Positions 52,528 to 64,000 of a stretch of DNA of 64,000 nt are shown here, piece by piece. This stretch comes from Calcarisporiella thermophila CBS 279.70 (taxonomy: Eukaryota > Fungi > Calcarisporiellomycota), in NCBI RefSeq assembly GCF_041956535.1, contig NW_027192195.1, positions 715,533 to 779,532 of the forward strand, written 5' to 3'. The position numbers and the translations under genes are program-made. The stretch's first letter is position 1. The number at the start of each line of letters is the position of its first letter. The notes beneath the pieces were generated by a model. It was not told the DNA's origin and made no database searches. It saw only the letters and a list, made by a program, of their open reading frames with translations.

Positions 52528-52698
52528 TCGCCAGTCCTCGATCCGTTTCAGACCGAATCGTTCATGGCAGAAATTCTCCGTGGTGAATAGGGTTTCTTTT
52601 CTTGGCCTCTAATTTTGCCACTTCTTCGAAAAAGGATTCTCCATTCCCTTGCCCAGTTTCTACACTTTTCTTCCTGAAAAATTTCCGAGCAATTCAAC

Positions 52699-53961
52699 AT
52701 GGAAAAAACACAGTATTCGCGTCTTCCGGAGAAGGAGTCTGTCGTGGTCCTCGTCGACCCCAATTCTTCTCCCACTCCCCCCTCCCGCGCTAGCAACTGG
52801 CGTCGTTCGTGGAAATTGCTTGTCGTGGTTTTCTTCGTCTCGGTCTTTATAGGACATGCCTTGTTTTCGGGATGCAATTGGCGTGAATGGCGTTCGGTAT
52901 GTATTAACACCAAAGCTTCACCGATATTTTCCAATTGCTTTGTTCACACCCTTTTCACGGACCCTTACCCCGTCCGCTTTATTCTTGTCCATAGACCAAG
53001 TCGGGTGGTCATGGACACTTCCGCCCTCCTTGTGATGACTCTTACCCATGGAGTGGCAAGAGAGAATATCTGTTCGACAAAGACAAAACCACCCTATCCA
53101 TCAAACTAGTTGGGGCTGTTTCGGTAAGTTGAACCTAACTCGAGTATCGTGAAATAGTCACATTGAACATATTCCTTTCTACCCAAACACAGCGCAGTGT
53201 AGTGAACCTTCACCAACTCAAAGATGCGAAACAAGGCAATGTTACGCTGGATATTCACATCAACCAGGACTTCCTTCAGGACGAAATCAAGGTGCAAGAG
53301 AACAAGGGCACAGACACCTATGAGCTTGAGGTCGCCACGCCACACTCTTTGCTCCATGATCGCTGCATCATCGTTGATGTGTATGCTATGGTGCCTTCTG
53401 AAGTTAAACTCATCAACCTCGAGGGCACGAACAGCCACTTCAAGGTGGGCGAGCTAAAGACGACAAACGTCTTCCTGAGGTCCAAGAATGGTGATATTGG
53501 CGTAAAAGAGATTGAAGCCGACCAAGTTTCCGCTACAACAATGAATGGGAAAGTGGAGGGCAAGTTTCGTATTGCGAATGAATTAAATCTGGAGACGATG
53601 AATGGAGCAATCAAGATTGATGCGGAACCAGCAAAAGATCAAAATGTTGCCTTCAAGGTTAGTATTCCAGATAGCCGATTACCAATGAGGTAGAATATTT
53701 TACTAATCGTCGATATCTATCAAGGCTAAAACTATCAACGGGCCGGTCACCATGAATCAATCCAAAGACAAATTCAATGGCGCATTCTCTCTTAAGACCG
53801 TCATTGGACGCACCCATGTTTCTGCCCCTGGAGCGGAAGACAAACTTGATTTAAGGGAGGATCATAGATGGTCAAAGCAAGGGTCATTTGGTGATGAAGG
53901 AAAAGGAATGTACATCGAGTTGGGTACTATCAATGGCGACGTTGAACTTGAATTCAACTAA
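52699..53961 (+). CDS. Type II membrane protein with DUF4097 (putative adhesin) beta-strand repeats
   Basis: Single N-terminal TM (LLVVVFFVSVFIGHALF) followed by repeats SKNGDI, TMNGKV, TMNGAI, TINGPV, TVIGRT, TINGDV; three introns. Confidence 0.8.
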
Positions 53962-54579
53962 ATCTGCACGATAAAAAGTCACCGAAACTCTAATATTAAC
54001 ATATGTACCATCACACGTACCAAAAAAAAAACTAATGTATGAAAATTTGTGTTAATTTTGTTGGCCACTGTCATAGTTCATCTTTGAATTAAGGAGTAAT
54101 AAAAATGTTTGTGAGATAACATGACGCGACGCTCTCCAGATAGGTCATGGTACATGGCCTTCATGCCGACGTTTAACTTGATACTCCCATCCTTGGGTTT
54201 AGATATACACGTCAATTTTCTCTACACGGCTGGACAGAGCATTGGTATAAGTAAAGTGATGAGAATGAGGGCTCTTAAGCGGCAGCGGCGGATATAGCCG
54301 CGTCTGCTGGTTTGTGGATGGAGCCTTCTCCATGAGCGGCGGGCGGGCCCTTTCCCTCGCGTTTTGAAAGGGTTGTAATGACGACTATTTTTAGCCCGAG
54401 CTCCACGCCGATACACTCCGAAAAAAGGCATATGCGTTTTTATTTTAAGAATTGAATTCAAGGGCCTTGTTGGGCGAGGGCCTCACGCCCTTTGGCTCAA
54501 CCGGCCTAGCGGATCCGGTGAATATGCTTCGGGTGAAGCGTGCCTTCAGCCCTGCCCATCTCCACGCTTCCCCTGCCCC

Positions 54580-54699
54580 GGCCAATGGGGGCTCCGCGAG
54601 CATAGCTTGAGGGTCTCCCCTTTCTGCGAAGAACCAGAGCCCATTTCTTTAAACCCCTCGGATTCAGAAATCAGCCCAATTGACCAATCCCATCCAATC
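54580..54699 (+). promoter_or_regulatory. Cluster of CCAAT boxes upstream of CDC14
   Basis: Four CCAAT: ggccaatg at about 54582; cccaat, gaccaatc and atccaatc at 54675-54699. Confidence 0.4.
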
Positions 54700-54977
54700 T
54701 CCCGCCCCCCCTTTGTTGAAAACGGTCCCGTCGGTCAAGCGCGAAGTGTGCTTCCGCTTTTTTTCGATTTATTGTAATCTCTAATTCCTCTGCCCTTTCC
54801 CCTTTGATGTAGTCAACATCGGTCCTCTGCCTTGTCTATAACCCTGCGAACTAGAACCAACCTGCGTTGTTTATTTTTGCTTAATCCCTTTCTCTAATTT
54901 TTTTCGCAAGCGGATACCCATCAAAGATTTCTTTGAATATATCTACGATACCATTACTTGTTAGCGCGATTGAGAGC

Positions 54978-56970
54978 ATGCTTGTGAATCGACCCTTGGA
55001 TGTGGCTCCCTCCACATCCCCCCTCACCAATCACTATTCCATAGACACTAAATCCATCCCGCACCCGATGCTTGAATTTATTCCAAGTTAGTCGGAGCTT
55101 CTGTGTTGTTGATTGCATTGAAAATTAATCTTCACTCAATAGATCGGCTTTATTTTACTTGGCTGGAGTCTCCTCCCGAGTGTGAACACGATGGAGATCT
55201 TCAATACTTCACCGTGGACCATTATTGTGTATACTTTCCTTTTCACCTTGATTTCGGACCCATGCATGTGGGCCATATCTTTCGATTCTGTGGACTCCTT
55301 CACGAAAAAATTGAAGTATGGCTCTGTAATTCGTGCCTCATTGATTCATAATACTCAATCTTGTCTCTGTAGTCATCCGCCTCTGTGGATAACAAACTTT
55401 GCCTTTATACCTCTGCGGATCCCCATAGAAAAACCAACACGGCATTTTTACTCTGCACATATCTGGTAATTATTGCCGACTTCACGGATACTTTCATACC
55501 ATTTTTGATTCCTCCCATCCACAGATGATCGTCAGAGGGCTGATGCCCGAGGACGCCTGCGCTCCGCTGTCAAGCATCGCTTCTTCCCTAATCCCCTACC
55601 GAGATGCTGGCCAAGGCCCGGACACGTACCAAATTAACATCCTTGACTGCTTGCGTGGCCTTTATAGGGCCATTGGACTTCGCCTCCTCAACCTGGACCA
55701 ATTCAATCTCGAAGAGTATATATTGCTCTGGGGAATTTTCCTACATCGAATATAGCGGCTGATCCGGTATCCATTCACTTAGGTACGAGTTTTTCGAAAA
55801 AGTCGAGAATGGGGATCTAAATTGGATTACCCCTAAATTTATTGCTTTTGCCTCTCCGGAGGATAACACCTATTCTCCGAATTCGATGCGCCGGCCGCCC
55901 AGGGCCTTTGATGTGGTCATCAATTATTTTCGCAAGGTGAATGTGAAGCTCGTAATCCGACTCAATAGAAAGATCTACGCGGAAAGCCGATTCGAGTCCG
56001 TAGGGATTCGCCACATCGACCTAGCCTTCCCGGACGGAACTTGCCCGCCCGAGGGGGTGCTGCGAAGGTTCTTGAGAATATGCGAGGAAGAAAAAGGTTT
56101 GCTTTCATTGGCATCTTGAGAAATCGATGGTCGCTGTGCTCGGGATCTAATCGATCCACAATGATAGGGGTGATTGCCGTGCATTGTATGGCTGGCCTGG
56201 GTAGAACAGGCACGCTCATCGGTTGCTATTTGATGAAGCATTACCACTTCACCGCGGCAGAGGTCATCGCTTTCATGCGTATCATGCGGCCAGGGATGGT
56301 GGTGGGGCCGCAACAAAACTATCTTGAGTTTGTGGAGCGGTCGATGTGGCAGGCCACATCCACCCCGTTGTTATCTTCGCCCACAGGGGTTTCACCGGCC
56401 GCCGAGCGTCGCCATCTGCAAAAGCAACAACCTCAGCTGCGCACAAAAGGCAGGAGGAAGAGTCTGACAGGGAGAGCAGGTCAAACTCGGGGTGCTGATG
56501 AGAAGGAGAAGGTGTTGGTTGTCAGCCAAATGCCTATTCCGAAGCAGCCCCGTAAGACCTTGAGCAAGCAGGACAAGACGGAGATTGAAGCGCCTGCTGC
56601 TAAGACAAGAAGATCGCCTGTCACACGAGCCGCTGCTAAAGCTTCGGCGGCCTCAGCTGCTGCCGCCGCAGTGGCAGCTTCAGCGGCTCGATCGACTAAC
56701 TCGACTTTTACAGAGAAAACTACCTCCCGACCGTCAACTATGGTCACTCGACGTGCTGCCGCCGCAGCTGCAGCCGCTGCGGCCACAGCTGCAAGTAAGA
56801 GCCCTCTCCGATCGAAGTCCCCGCTGAAGCAATCTTCGTCGGCGGCGGCAAACTCTCCTGCGACCAATTCCTCTAGGTCGCGACGGAAACCTGGTGCATC
56901 CACAGTTGCAGAGGAAAAATCTCCATCCAAAGGGCGACACCGTTCAGCAGAAATGGCTCGGACCAAATAG
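54978..56970 (+). CDS. CDC14: Cdc14-family dual-specificity phosphatase
   Basis: EFIP|[83 protein letters not shown]; Ala/Ser-rich tail. Confidence 0.92.
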
Positions 56971-57729
56971 GCCTCCAATTTTTTTTTCCTAATTTGTAAT
57001 TTAAAGTACATGATGTGTTTTTTTTCTTGATTGGAAAGTGTGTTATATACCTTGGTATTAGTCTCACTTTATTCTGCCTTGCGCATTCTCTATAATTATT
57101 ACCCGCTTCCTATATTTATGACGTCTCATTGAATAACCCAAATCGTGCTTTGGCCGACCCCGCTTTGATAGCGAAGACCGGTTAAAAGGGAGAAGATGAC
57201 TCAGAAGCTATGGCCGTTTTATTCTCATTTTTACGTAAAACTAACGTTTCCATTGAAGTTGACACCTAATTTAACTTTGACTGCGCTCAAGTGAATCCGT
57301 GTGGCAAATAAATAAATAAGTTCATCAATTTTATTTTGTCAGGAGGGAGCCTGAGAAAGATCGGGTCTATAATTTATATACCTGAGAAGCGTATATGTCA
57401 AGAGATTATTCAAATGTCTTTTAAAACTAGATATGTTATAGCATCTTCACAATGTAGGAACGGCATTAAGGGGGATTTTTGAGGCGGAAAACGATCTATG
57501 ATAGCAAAACAAATGTTATAAAATTTGAACTATATCAATATATTTTCAGTTCTTTAATGCATTTTATTCCCTAATTTCAATTTCTAGAGTCCCAACGTTT
57601 AAGGTATTTTGGAGAAAGCCAATTCGCTGATCGAGTCCAAACTCCTCAAAAGCAGTCACAGATGTTAAATTTCAGCCTGTGCGGAGCGGCTCAGTTAGGT
57701 TAGAAAAAGGAGCCACAATTTATCCATCA

Positions 57730-57745
57730 ACGCGTTATAACGCGT
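57730..57745. promoter_or_regulatory. Double MCB box (ACGCGT x2) forming a 16-bp palindrome upstream of MSH6
   Basis: ACGCGTTATAACGCGT, about 75-90 bp upstream of the ATG. Confidence 0.7.
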
Positions 57746-57820
57746 GTCTTGAAATTTTTTCAGCTTAATATCTCCCGAAAACACAGCAGAGAGCACCCAT
57801 TTTCAAATTGGCTGTGAAGA

Positions 57821-60800
57821 ATGACGGCCCTTACTCCCACACAGCAAAAATCATTAAAGGGCACAGCAAGTGACAGAAAGAAATCACAACCACTAGCGCA
57901 GCAATCCCTTCTCTCTTTCTTCGGCCGTAATGGATCATCACCCTCTCAACCTTCCCCTAACGCGCAACACCCCAGCACTACACCAAAAAAGAATGCCAGC
58001 CTTATGCTGCAACCTACTACACTCACTCCTGCAAAAATCGGGAACGAGCCAGCTGCTATTATAGATTCTTCGCCTTTAAAGAAAATGGAGATCGACGAGG
58101 AGAACACACTGGACGAAAAGGTGAATAGACAGGACTGGATTAGTTATTTCGGTTTAACATTTCATGATTAATGGAATGGACACGGATTTTGATACGAGTG
58201 CATTAACCATGGACTCATTTTTTTGTAGGGTCGCGTTAAAAAGCGGCCACGATATTTCGAATCAGACGAGGAAGAAGAGCTAGAAAATCCTTCAAGTCAT
58301 TTCGATATCTTTGGACATGATTATGCCCCTATACTTATTATGTTATGACTATTTTTTTCCTACAGACTCGGAGGCATCTCGGAAGAAGCTTCAGCGTAAC
58401 TCAAAAAGGATCATTCCCGAGGATGACGATAGTGAGGATGAATATCGGCCGGCGGCTGAAGGTAATGAGCAAAGTGATGGTAGGCTGTCAAAGGCTTAAA
58501 AATATTTCCTTTGTTGCTTATTTGTTTTGGATAGATGATCTTGCAAATCAAGCTGAGAATTTCTCGGACGATATTGAGCCTGCTACGAAAAAGGCTCCAA
58601 GGACACCCAAAACTCCACGCATAAATGGTGACAGTGCTCTAGACAAGCTGAAGGTCGGTGAACTATATGGATTATGAATGTTTTTTTTTCAATTGAAGCT
58701 AAAATGCCATACCATAATATCACCGAAATTTCCAGCGGTTTACACCCTCATCGAGGAACTTCTCTTCTCCATCTGCATCGCCATTTTCTTCACCAAGTGA
58801 TAAGCGAAAAGTATAGCCACTTCCCACCTCCACACAACCAGAGTGTCTCTAACCATATTTTATTGACTTCTCTAAAGGAAAGGGCTGCAGAGTTTAAGAA
58901 AAAGAACGAGGAGCGCTATTCATGGCTCCAAGACATTCGTGATGCGAATGGGAATCCACCAGGTATGTTTACCCCTTCATGAATATAGAGACCATTTTTC
59001 AACGGGCTTTCCCTTGAATTAAATACAGAATCTCCGGATTATGATCCTCGAAGTCTGTACATACCCCCCCAGGCGTGGAATAAGTTTACACCTTTTGAGA
59101 AGCAGTTCTGGGAAATTAAATCCACGCATTGGGATACTGTGAGCCTATTTCACTCTGCTTCACGTCTTCAATCGACTCACTCAACTTACTGGATTTAAAT
59201 AGGTCGTCTTTTTCAAGAAGGGAAAATTTTTTGGTGAGGCCTTTCATTCGCATTCAATATTTCTGAGAAGCTTCTCACTCTTTGTAAATCTCTATTTCAG
59301 AGCTCTATGAAAAGGACGCCGATATAGGTCATCAACAATTTGATCTAAAGTTGACGGACCGCGTTAACATGCGAATGGCCGGAGTTCCTGAATCCAGCTT
59401 CGATGAATGGGCTGCTAAATTTATCGCGGCTGGGTAGCCTGGTTTTATTAAACTATTGGGATAATTTATAGAACTAATGACCTATTTTACACAGTCACAA
59501 AGTCGCGAAAGTGGATCAGATGGAAACGGCATTGGCGAAAGAGATGCGGGAGAGAGGCGCAAAAGGCGGAAAGGTAATTCCAATCATCTTGGATATAGGA
59601 AGCTTCAATTGATATATCCGCCCTTACTGATCTCAGGAGGAGAAAGTAATACGAAGAGAACTATGCTCTATTTTGACTGCCGGAACTCTAGTGGATGGCG
59701 CCATGATTACAAATGATATGTCGACTTATTGCATGGCCATTAAGGTAATCTCTACCCAAACTCAAGCGTGCCATGACATTCAATTGACCTGCAAATCACC
59801 TACATCCCACTTCCAGGAGAGCTTTTCTAACGACGGTGTCTCTGACCCATCGTTTGGAATCTGCTTCGTCGACACCTCCACAGCCGAATTCAACCTGGTT
59901 GCTTTCCAAGATGATGCTGACCGAACCAAATTCGAAACGTTAATCATGCAGATTAAACCACGAGAACTGGTGACTGAAAAGGTTTATATCGGTGTTCTTG
60001 TGATTGGCAATAGTTGTGCATTGACGTGGAAACAAAATTGCGTCATTTAGGGTATGCTCTCACCTAAGACCATTCGAATTCTCAAGAACACGCTCAACAG
60101 CCCGATCTGGAATGCACTTGCACCCGAGCGAGAATTTTGGGATGAGCGGACCACAGCGGATGAAATTCGTATTGCAGGCTATTTCAAGAGCAGCAACTCA
60201 GGAGGGGAGGATGCGGTAGGGGATGGAATGGTGGAAGAGATGAAATGTAAAGACCAAACCCACTCTCCGTCATCATTCGTTAATATTCCCTACTAATGAT
60301 TCCACCGCTAGCCTGGCCACCTGCGCTCAAAATGGCAACCAACAGCCCGTTATTAATGTCAGCGGCTGGAGGTAATAATGTCTTTTTTGATGGATGGCTT
60401 TCTTTATCAATTAACCTAAACTCTAATGTATTAGGGCTCTTCTCCTATCTCCGAATGGTAATATATTTTCAATCCTACATCAACGGCACTTCAACCATTA
60501 ATACGTATTTGTCCCCTTTATCATAATGCAGCTGAAGTTGGATGCGGAGCTGATATCCCTTGGCAATTTTCACTCCTATGATCCCGTTCGACAGTCGAGC
60601 TCGCTGATCCTTGACGGGCAAACACTAGCGAATTTGGAAGTGCTAGAGAATAACTTTGATGGAGGAACGGAGGGAACCTTATTCCGCCTGCTCGACCACT
60701 GCATTACTCCCTTTGGTAGAGTCTGACCGCCAGTGCTAATTAGTTGAAGCCCCGTTTATCGATCTCTCTTCGCTACTTTTACTAGGAAAACGTCTCTTCA

Positions 60801-62994
60801 AGCGGTGGCTATGCCATCCCCTTCGAAGTGTTTCGGCTATCAACAACCGATTGGATGCCATTGAGGAACTAAACTCTTGTCCCGAGTTGCAGGACGCATT
60901 CAATGCTCGCTTCTCCAGATTGCCCGACCTAGAGCGACTGATTAGCCGAATCCACGCTGGCTCCATCAAGATAAAAGACTTCCTGAATGTTCTCGGCGGC
61001 TTTGAAAGGATCATGGTACGTGCCACCAGCTTGTCGAAGGATGAAGCTTACTTTCATCAATTTGCTGTTTTAGAAAACCATGATTGACTTCGAGGCCTAT
61101 TCCTGCACATTTACCTCGCACCTGCTTCAAGCGCTATTTTATTCCTTCCCTGACCTGCAAGAGCAGTTGCAGTTTTTTGAGACTGCATTTGACCACGAGA
61201 TTGCCGCGAAAGAAGGTAATTTTGTCGCTCAGTCATACGAGAACTGTTGCTTGGTGAGCTTTCTTTGCTCAACTGCGTATGCACATTAGGGAATATTATT
61301 CCTCGACCTGGGGTGGAGGAGGACTGGGATCAAATCTGCGAAGAAATCAAAGACCTCAAGCGGCAGCTGGACAAACATCTCAACGAAGTCAAGAAAAAGC
61401 TGGGGTACACTGTCTCCTCCTGTGCCATCTCCTTTATTTTGAACCTCACCGCCAACCTATTCCCACTAGGACCTCTAAAGTGGTATACAAGGATCTGGGA
61501 AAAGAAATCTATCAGTTGGAAATTCCCAGCAACATCAAGGTTCCCTCTGACTTCATAAAGCTTTCACAGACAAAGGTACGTGTATATTCACCTGCTCAGA
61601 TGGAAGGGGCATTTTCTAAAACCTCAATATAGGCTGTCAACCGTTACTGGAACCCAACGGTTAAGGAGTTGGTGCGCCAGCTCAAGGAGGCCGAAGAAAC
61701 TAAGAGCAATATTCTCAAGTCAATCCAGGGTCGCCTCTACCGCAAATTCGACCTGAACTACAAGGACTGGAGGAAAGCTGTCTGCATCATCTCCGAGATC
61801 GACTGTCTTATCAGCTTGGCCAAGGCATCCATGTCGTTAGGAGGTGGGGAAAATCTGGTTTTGCTAATCTAGCTTCTAGAAGTGTAATAATTTTGCCTTG
61901 TATCTTACAGAGCCCGCTTGCCGACCAGAGCTGATAGAGGAAGGGGAGAGTGTGCTGGAATTCGATGAGCTTCGACACCCTTGTGTGGTCCCTGGGTAAG
62001 CATGACGCTCTTCCAACACGAAGATGGCTTTTAGACTGACCAGGCTAACATACCTTCTGCGTTAGCGTTGCCACGGACTTTATCCCGAATGACACCCATC
62101 TTGGGAGAGACAAACCGCACATCATTCTACTCACGGGTCCGAATATGGGCGGAAAGTCGACTCTACTTCGACAGGTAAGCTTGTCCAGAGGGCGGACTCT
62201 TTTTTGTTAAAAAAACACGATTTACAATCGTTCCTGATATCATCCAGACATGTGTGGCCATTATTATGGCACAAGTTGGCTGTTTTGTGCCAGCAAGAAG
62301 ATGTCGAATGACGCCATTCGACCGCATCTTCACGAGGATTGGCGCGAATGACAATATTTTGGCGGGGCAGTCGACCTTTATGGTGGAGTTGAGCGAGACG
62401 TCGAAGATCCTCCACGAGGCCACCCCGCGCTCCATGGTGATCCTTGACGAGTTGGGTCGCGGCACCTCCACCTTTGACGGATACGCCATTGCTTACTCCG
62501 TCTTGCATTATTTGGCCACGCACATCGGATGCCTCGGTCTCTTTTCGACGCACTACCAGACCTTGTGCGATGAGTTTTCGCATACGCCCGGCGTCGCCAA
62601 CATGCACATGTCCTACCAAGTGGACGAAACCAACCGAGAGGTCACCTTCCTTTACAAACTTACGCCAGGCGCGTGCCAAAAGTCGTTCGGAATGAATGTG
62701 GCAAGCATGGCTGGGGTACCGACGACCATCGTCGACCGAGCCGATGCAGTCGCAGCGCAGTTTGAACACGCACAGACCCTCCGCGACAACGCAAGTGTGC
62801 TGCGGGCCACGGCCAAACTCTCGCTCTCCCAGCTGTCCGACTTTGCCTACTTGATGCGTTCAGCGGCCCACGCGGTCGACGCGGAAGACGTCGGTGATCG
62901 CGCTCAGGACAATCAGACCACGACGGCGAAGGAGGAAAGACAGGCGCGTGTATTCAAATCCATTATCCATGCCATTCGACAGGCAAATATATAA
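57821..62994 (+). CDS. MSH6: DNA mismatch repair protein MSH6 (about 20 introns)
   Basis: N-terminal PIP box QQSLLSFF; [86 protein letters not shown]. Confidence 0.97.
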
Positions 62995-64000
62995 TATAAT
63001 ATGTGTTGCCATTTTTTTTCTTTACACATTCATAAAAGGTTGAATGGATTGCATCCAAGAGCTCTACCCATCACCTCATCCTTAATTTTATTTTCATCTG
63101 CACTTTTTATTCTTTACTTTTGTGCGTAAATTATACAGTAATTCGTATATAGACATGCTCAACCCAAAACGCAAGACGGAAAGCACTAAGTTGGAGATTC
63201 CAAGTCGGATCAGATATACCGAATTTACAGTAGAAATTGATAAATCAGAGTTCAAGCCATATAATTCTCGAATGCTTCGCGGAAGATTGGCATGCTGGCT
63301 TATAGGATATTTCATCCTCCCTTGTTACCAAGAGCTATTGGACAGCTTTGTCCAATTTTTTACAATTAGATGAGATGCTTTCCCATTCACTAGAACACAC
63401 CAATAACCCTCACTATCAAATTCTAAACCAATTTGATATTCTACAAGGAAGCGAATAAATTAAATGAGGGGAGATATAAAAAGTTTTCAGAGGTTTCTCT
63501 GGGAATTTCGTTTAAATTAAAAATCGTAGGAAACGTCGTGAAGCTTTTAGAAGGCACTTTATTTGGGCTAAAATTAATCAAATTTGAACTATATAAAATG
63601 AAGGGAGGCGGTTATTATTTGAAATGGACAATATAAAAATTATGTAAAGATATATATAGATAATAAAAACAACTATCCATGATCATATTTTGCGTTTGTT
63701 AAAGCGTTGTTGGTCGAGCTTTTAATGCGGGTTCCAGTTTCGACATCACGGTGTTCAAATGCTGAGATGCTCGCTTAATTGCCTTAGAAGCACATGAAGC
63801 ACAATAATGTAAGGTAAAACATTCCATTAGCATTATATTGCAGATTTCATAAGCATTCAACTGAATTGCTATAGTTCTCAAAAAATGCAATGACACTTAC
63901 CGGCTAATTAACGTGAATCGATAGCACAGTTGATTGCATTATATTCCATTAGCATCCATCCGAAAGACAGCAGCCCTACAAAGAATGTAGTGCTACTTAC

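Noticed and set aside
54370-54385. GGTTGTAATGAC resembling the fungal SRP RNA Alu start
   Set aside because: No helix-8 CAGG..GNRA..AGCAG motif downstream.

Overview
Gene-dense, intron-rich eukaryotic DNA from a fungus. An early-diverging lineage, probably Mucoromycota, is inferred from the gene content (GOLD-PH Osh3, PMC1, COX18, CDC10, plus animal-like CD2AP/CIN85, ZRANB2 and GPANK1 homologues) and from short, mostly 60-90 nt GT-AG introns. About 24 spliced protein-coding genes were reconstructed by hand: 14-3-3 (partial), OSH3, glycogenin, MIX17, a homeobox TF, an SFP1-like TF, a triple-SH3 adaptor, ARE, ADIP/Msd1, CDC10, COX18, an SH3-RasGEF, DPH7, an unknown multipass membrane protein, a G-patch protein, a DUF1992 protein, ZRANB2-like, an M1 aminopeptidase, thymidylate synthase, a P5 ATPase, PMC1, a DUF4097 protein, CDC14 and MSH6. 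No tRNA, rRNA, CRISPR array or intact mobile element was recognised. Three items stand out. (1) A P5B-type ATPase is fused to a signal peptide and a 13-Cys extracytoplasmic domain and has an altered TM4 motif. (2) A fungal protein has the full CD2AP/CIN85 architecture, including a capping-protein-interaction (CPI) motif. (3) Two hairpin-rich intergenic segments may be unannotated structured RNAs. All calls rest on motif recognition by eye, and no database searches were run.
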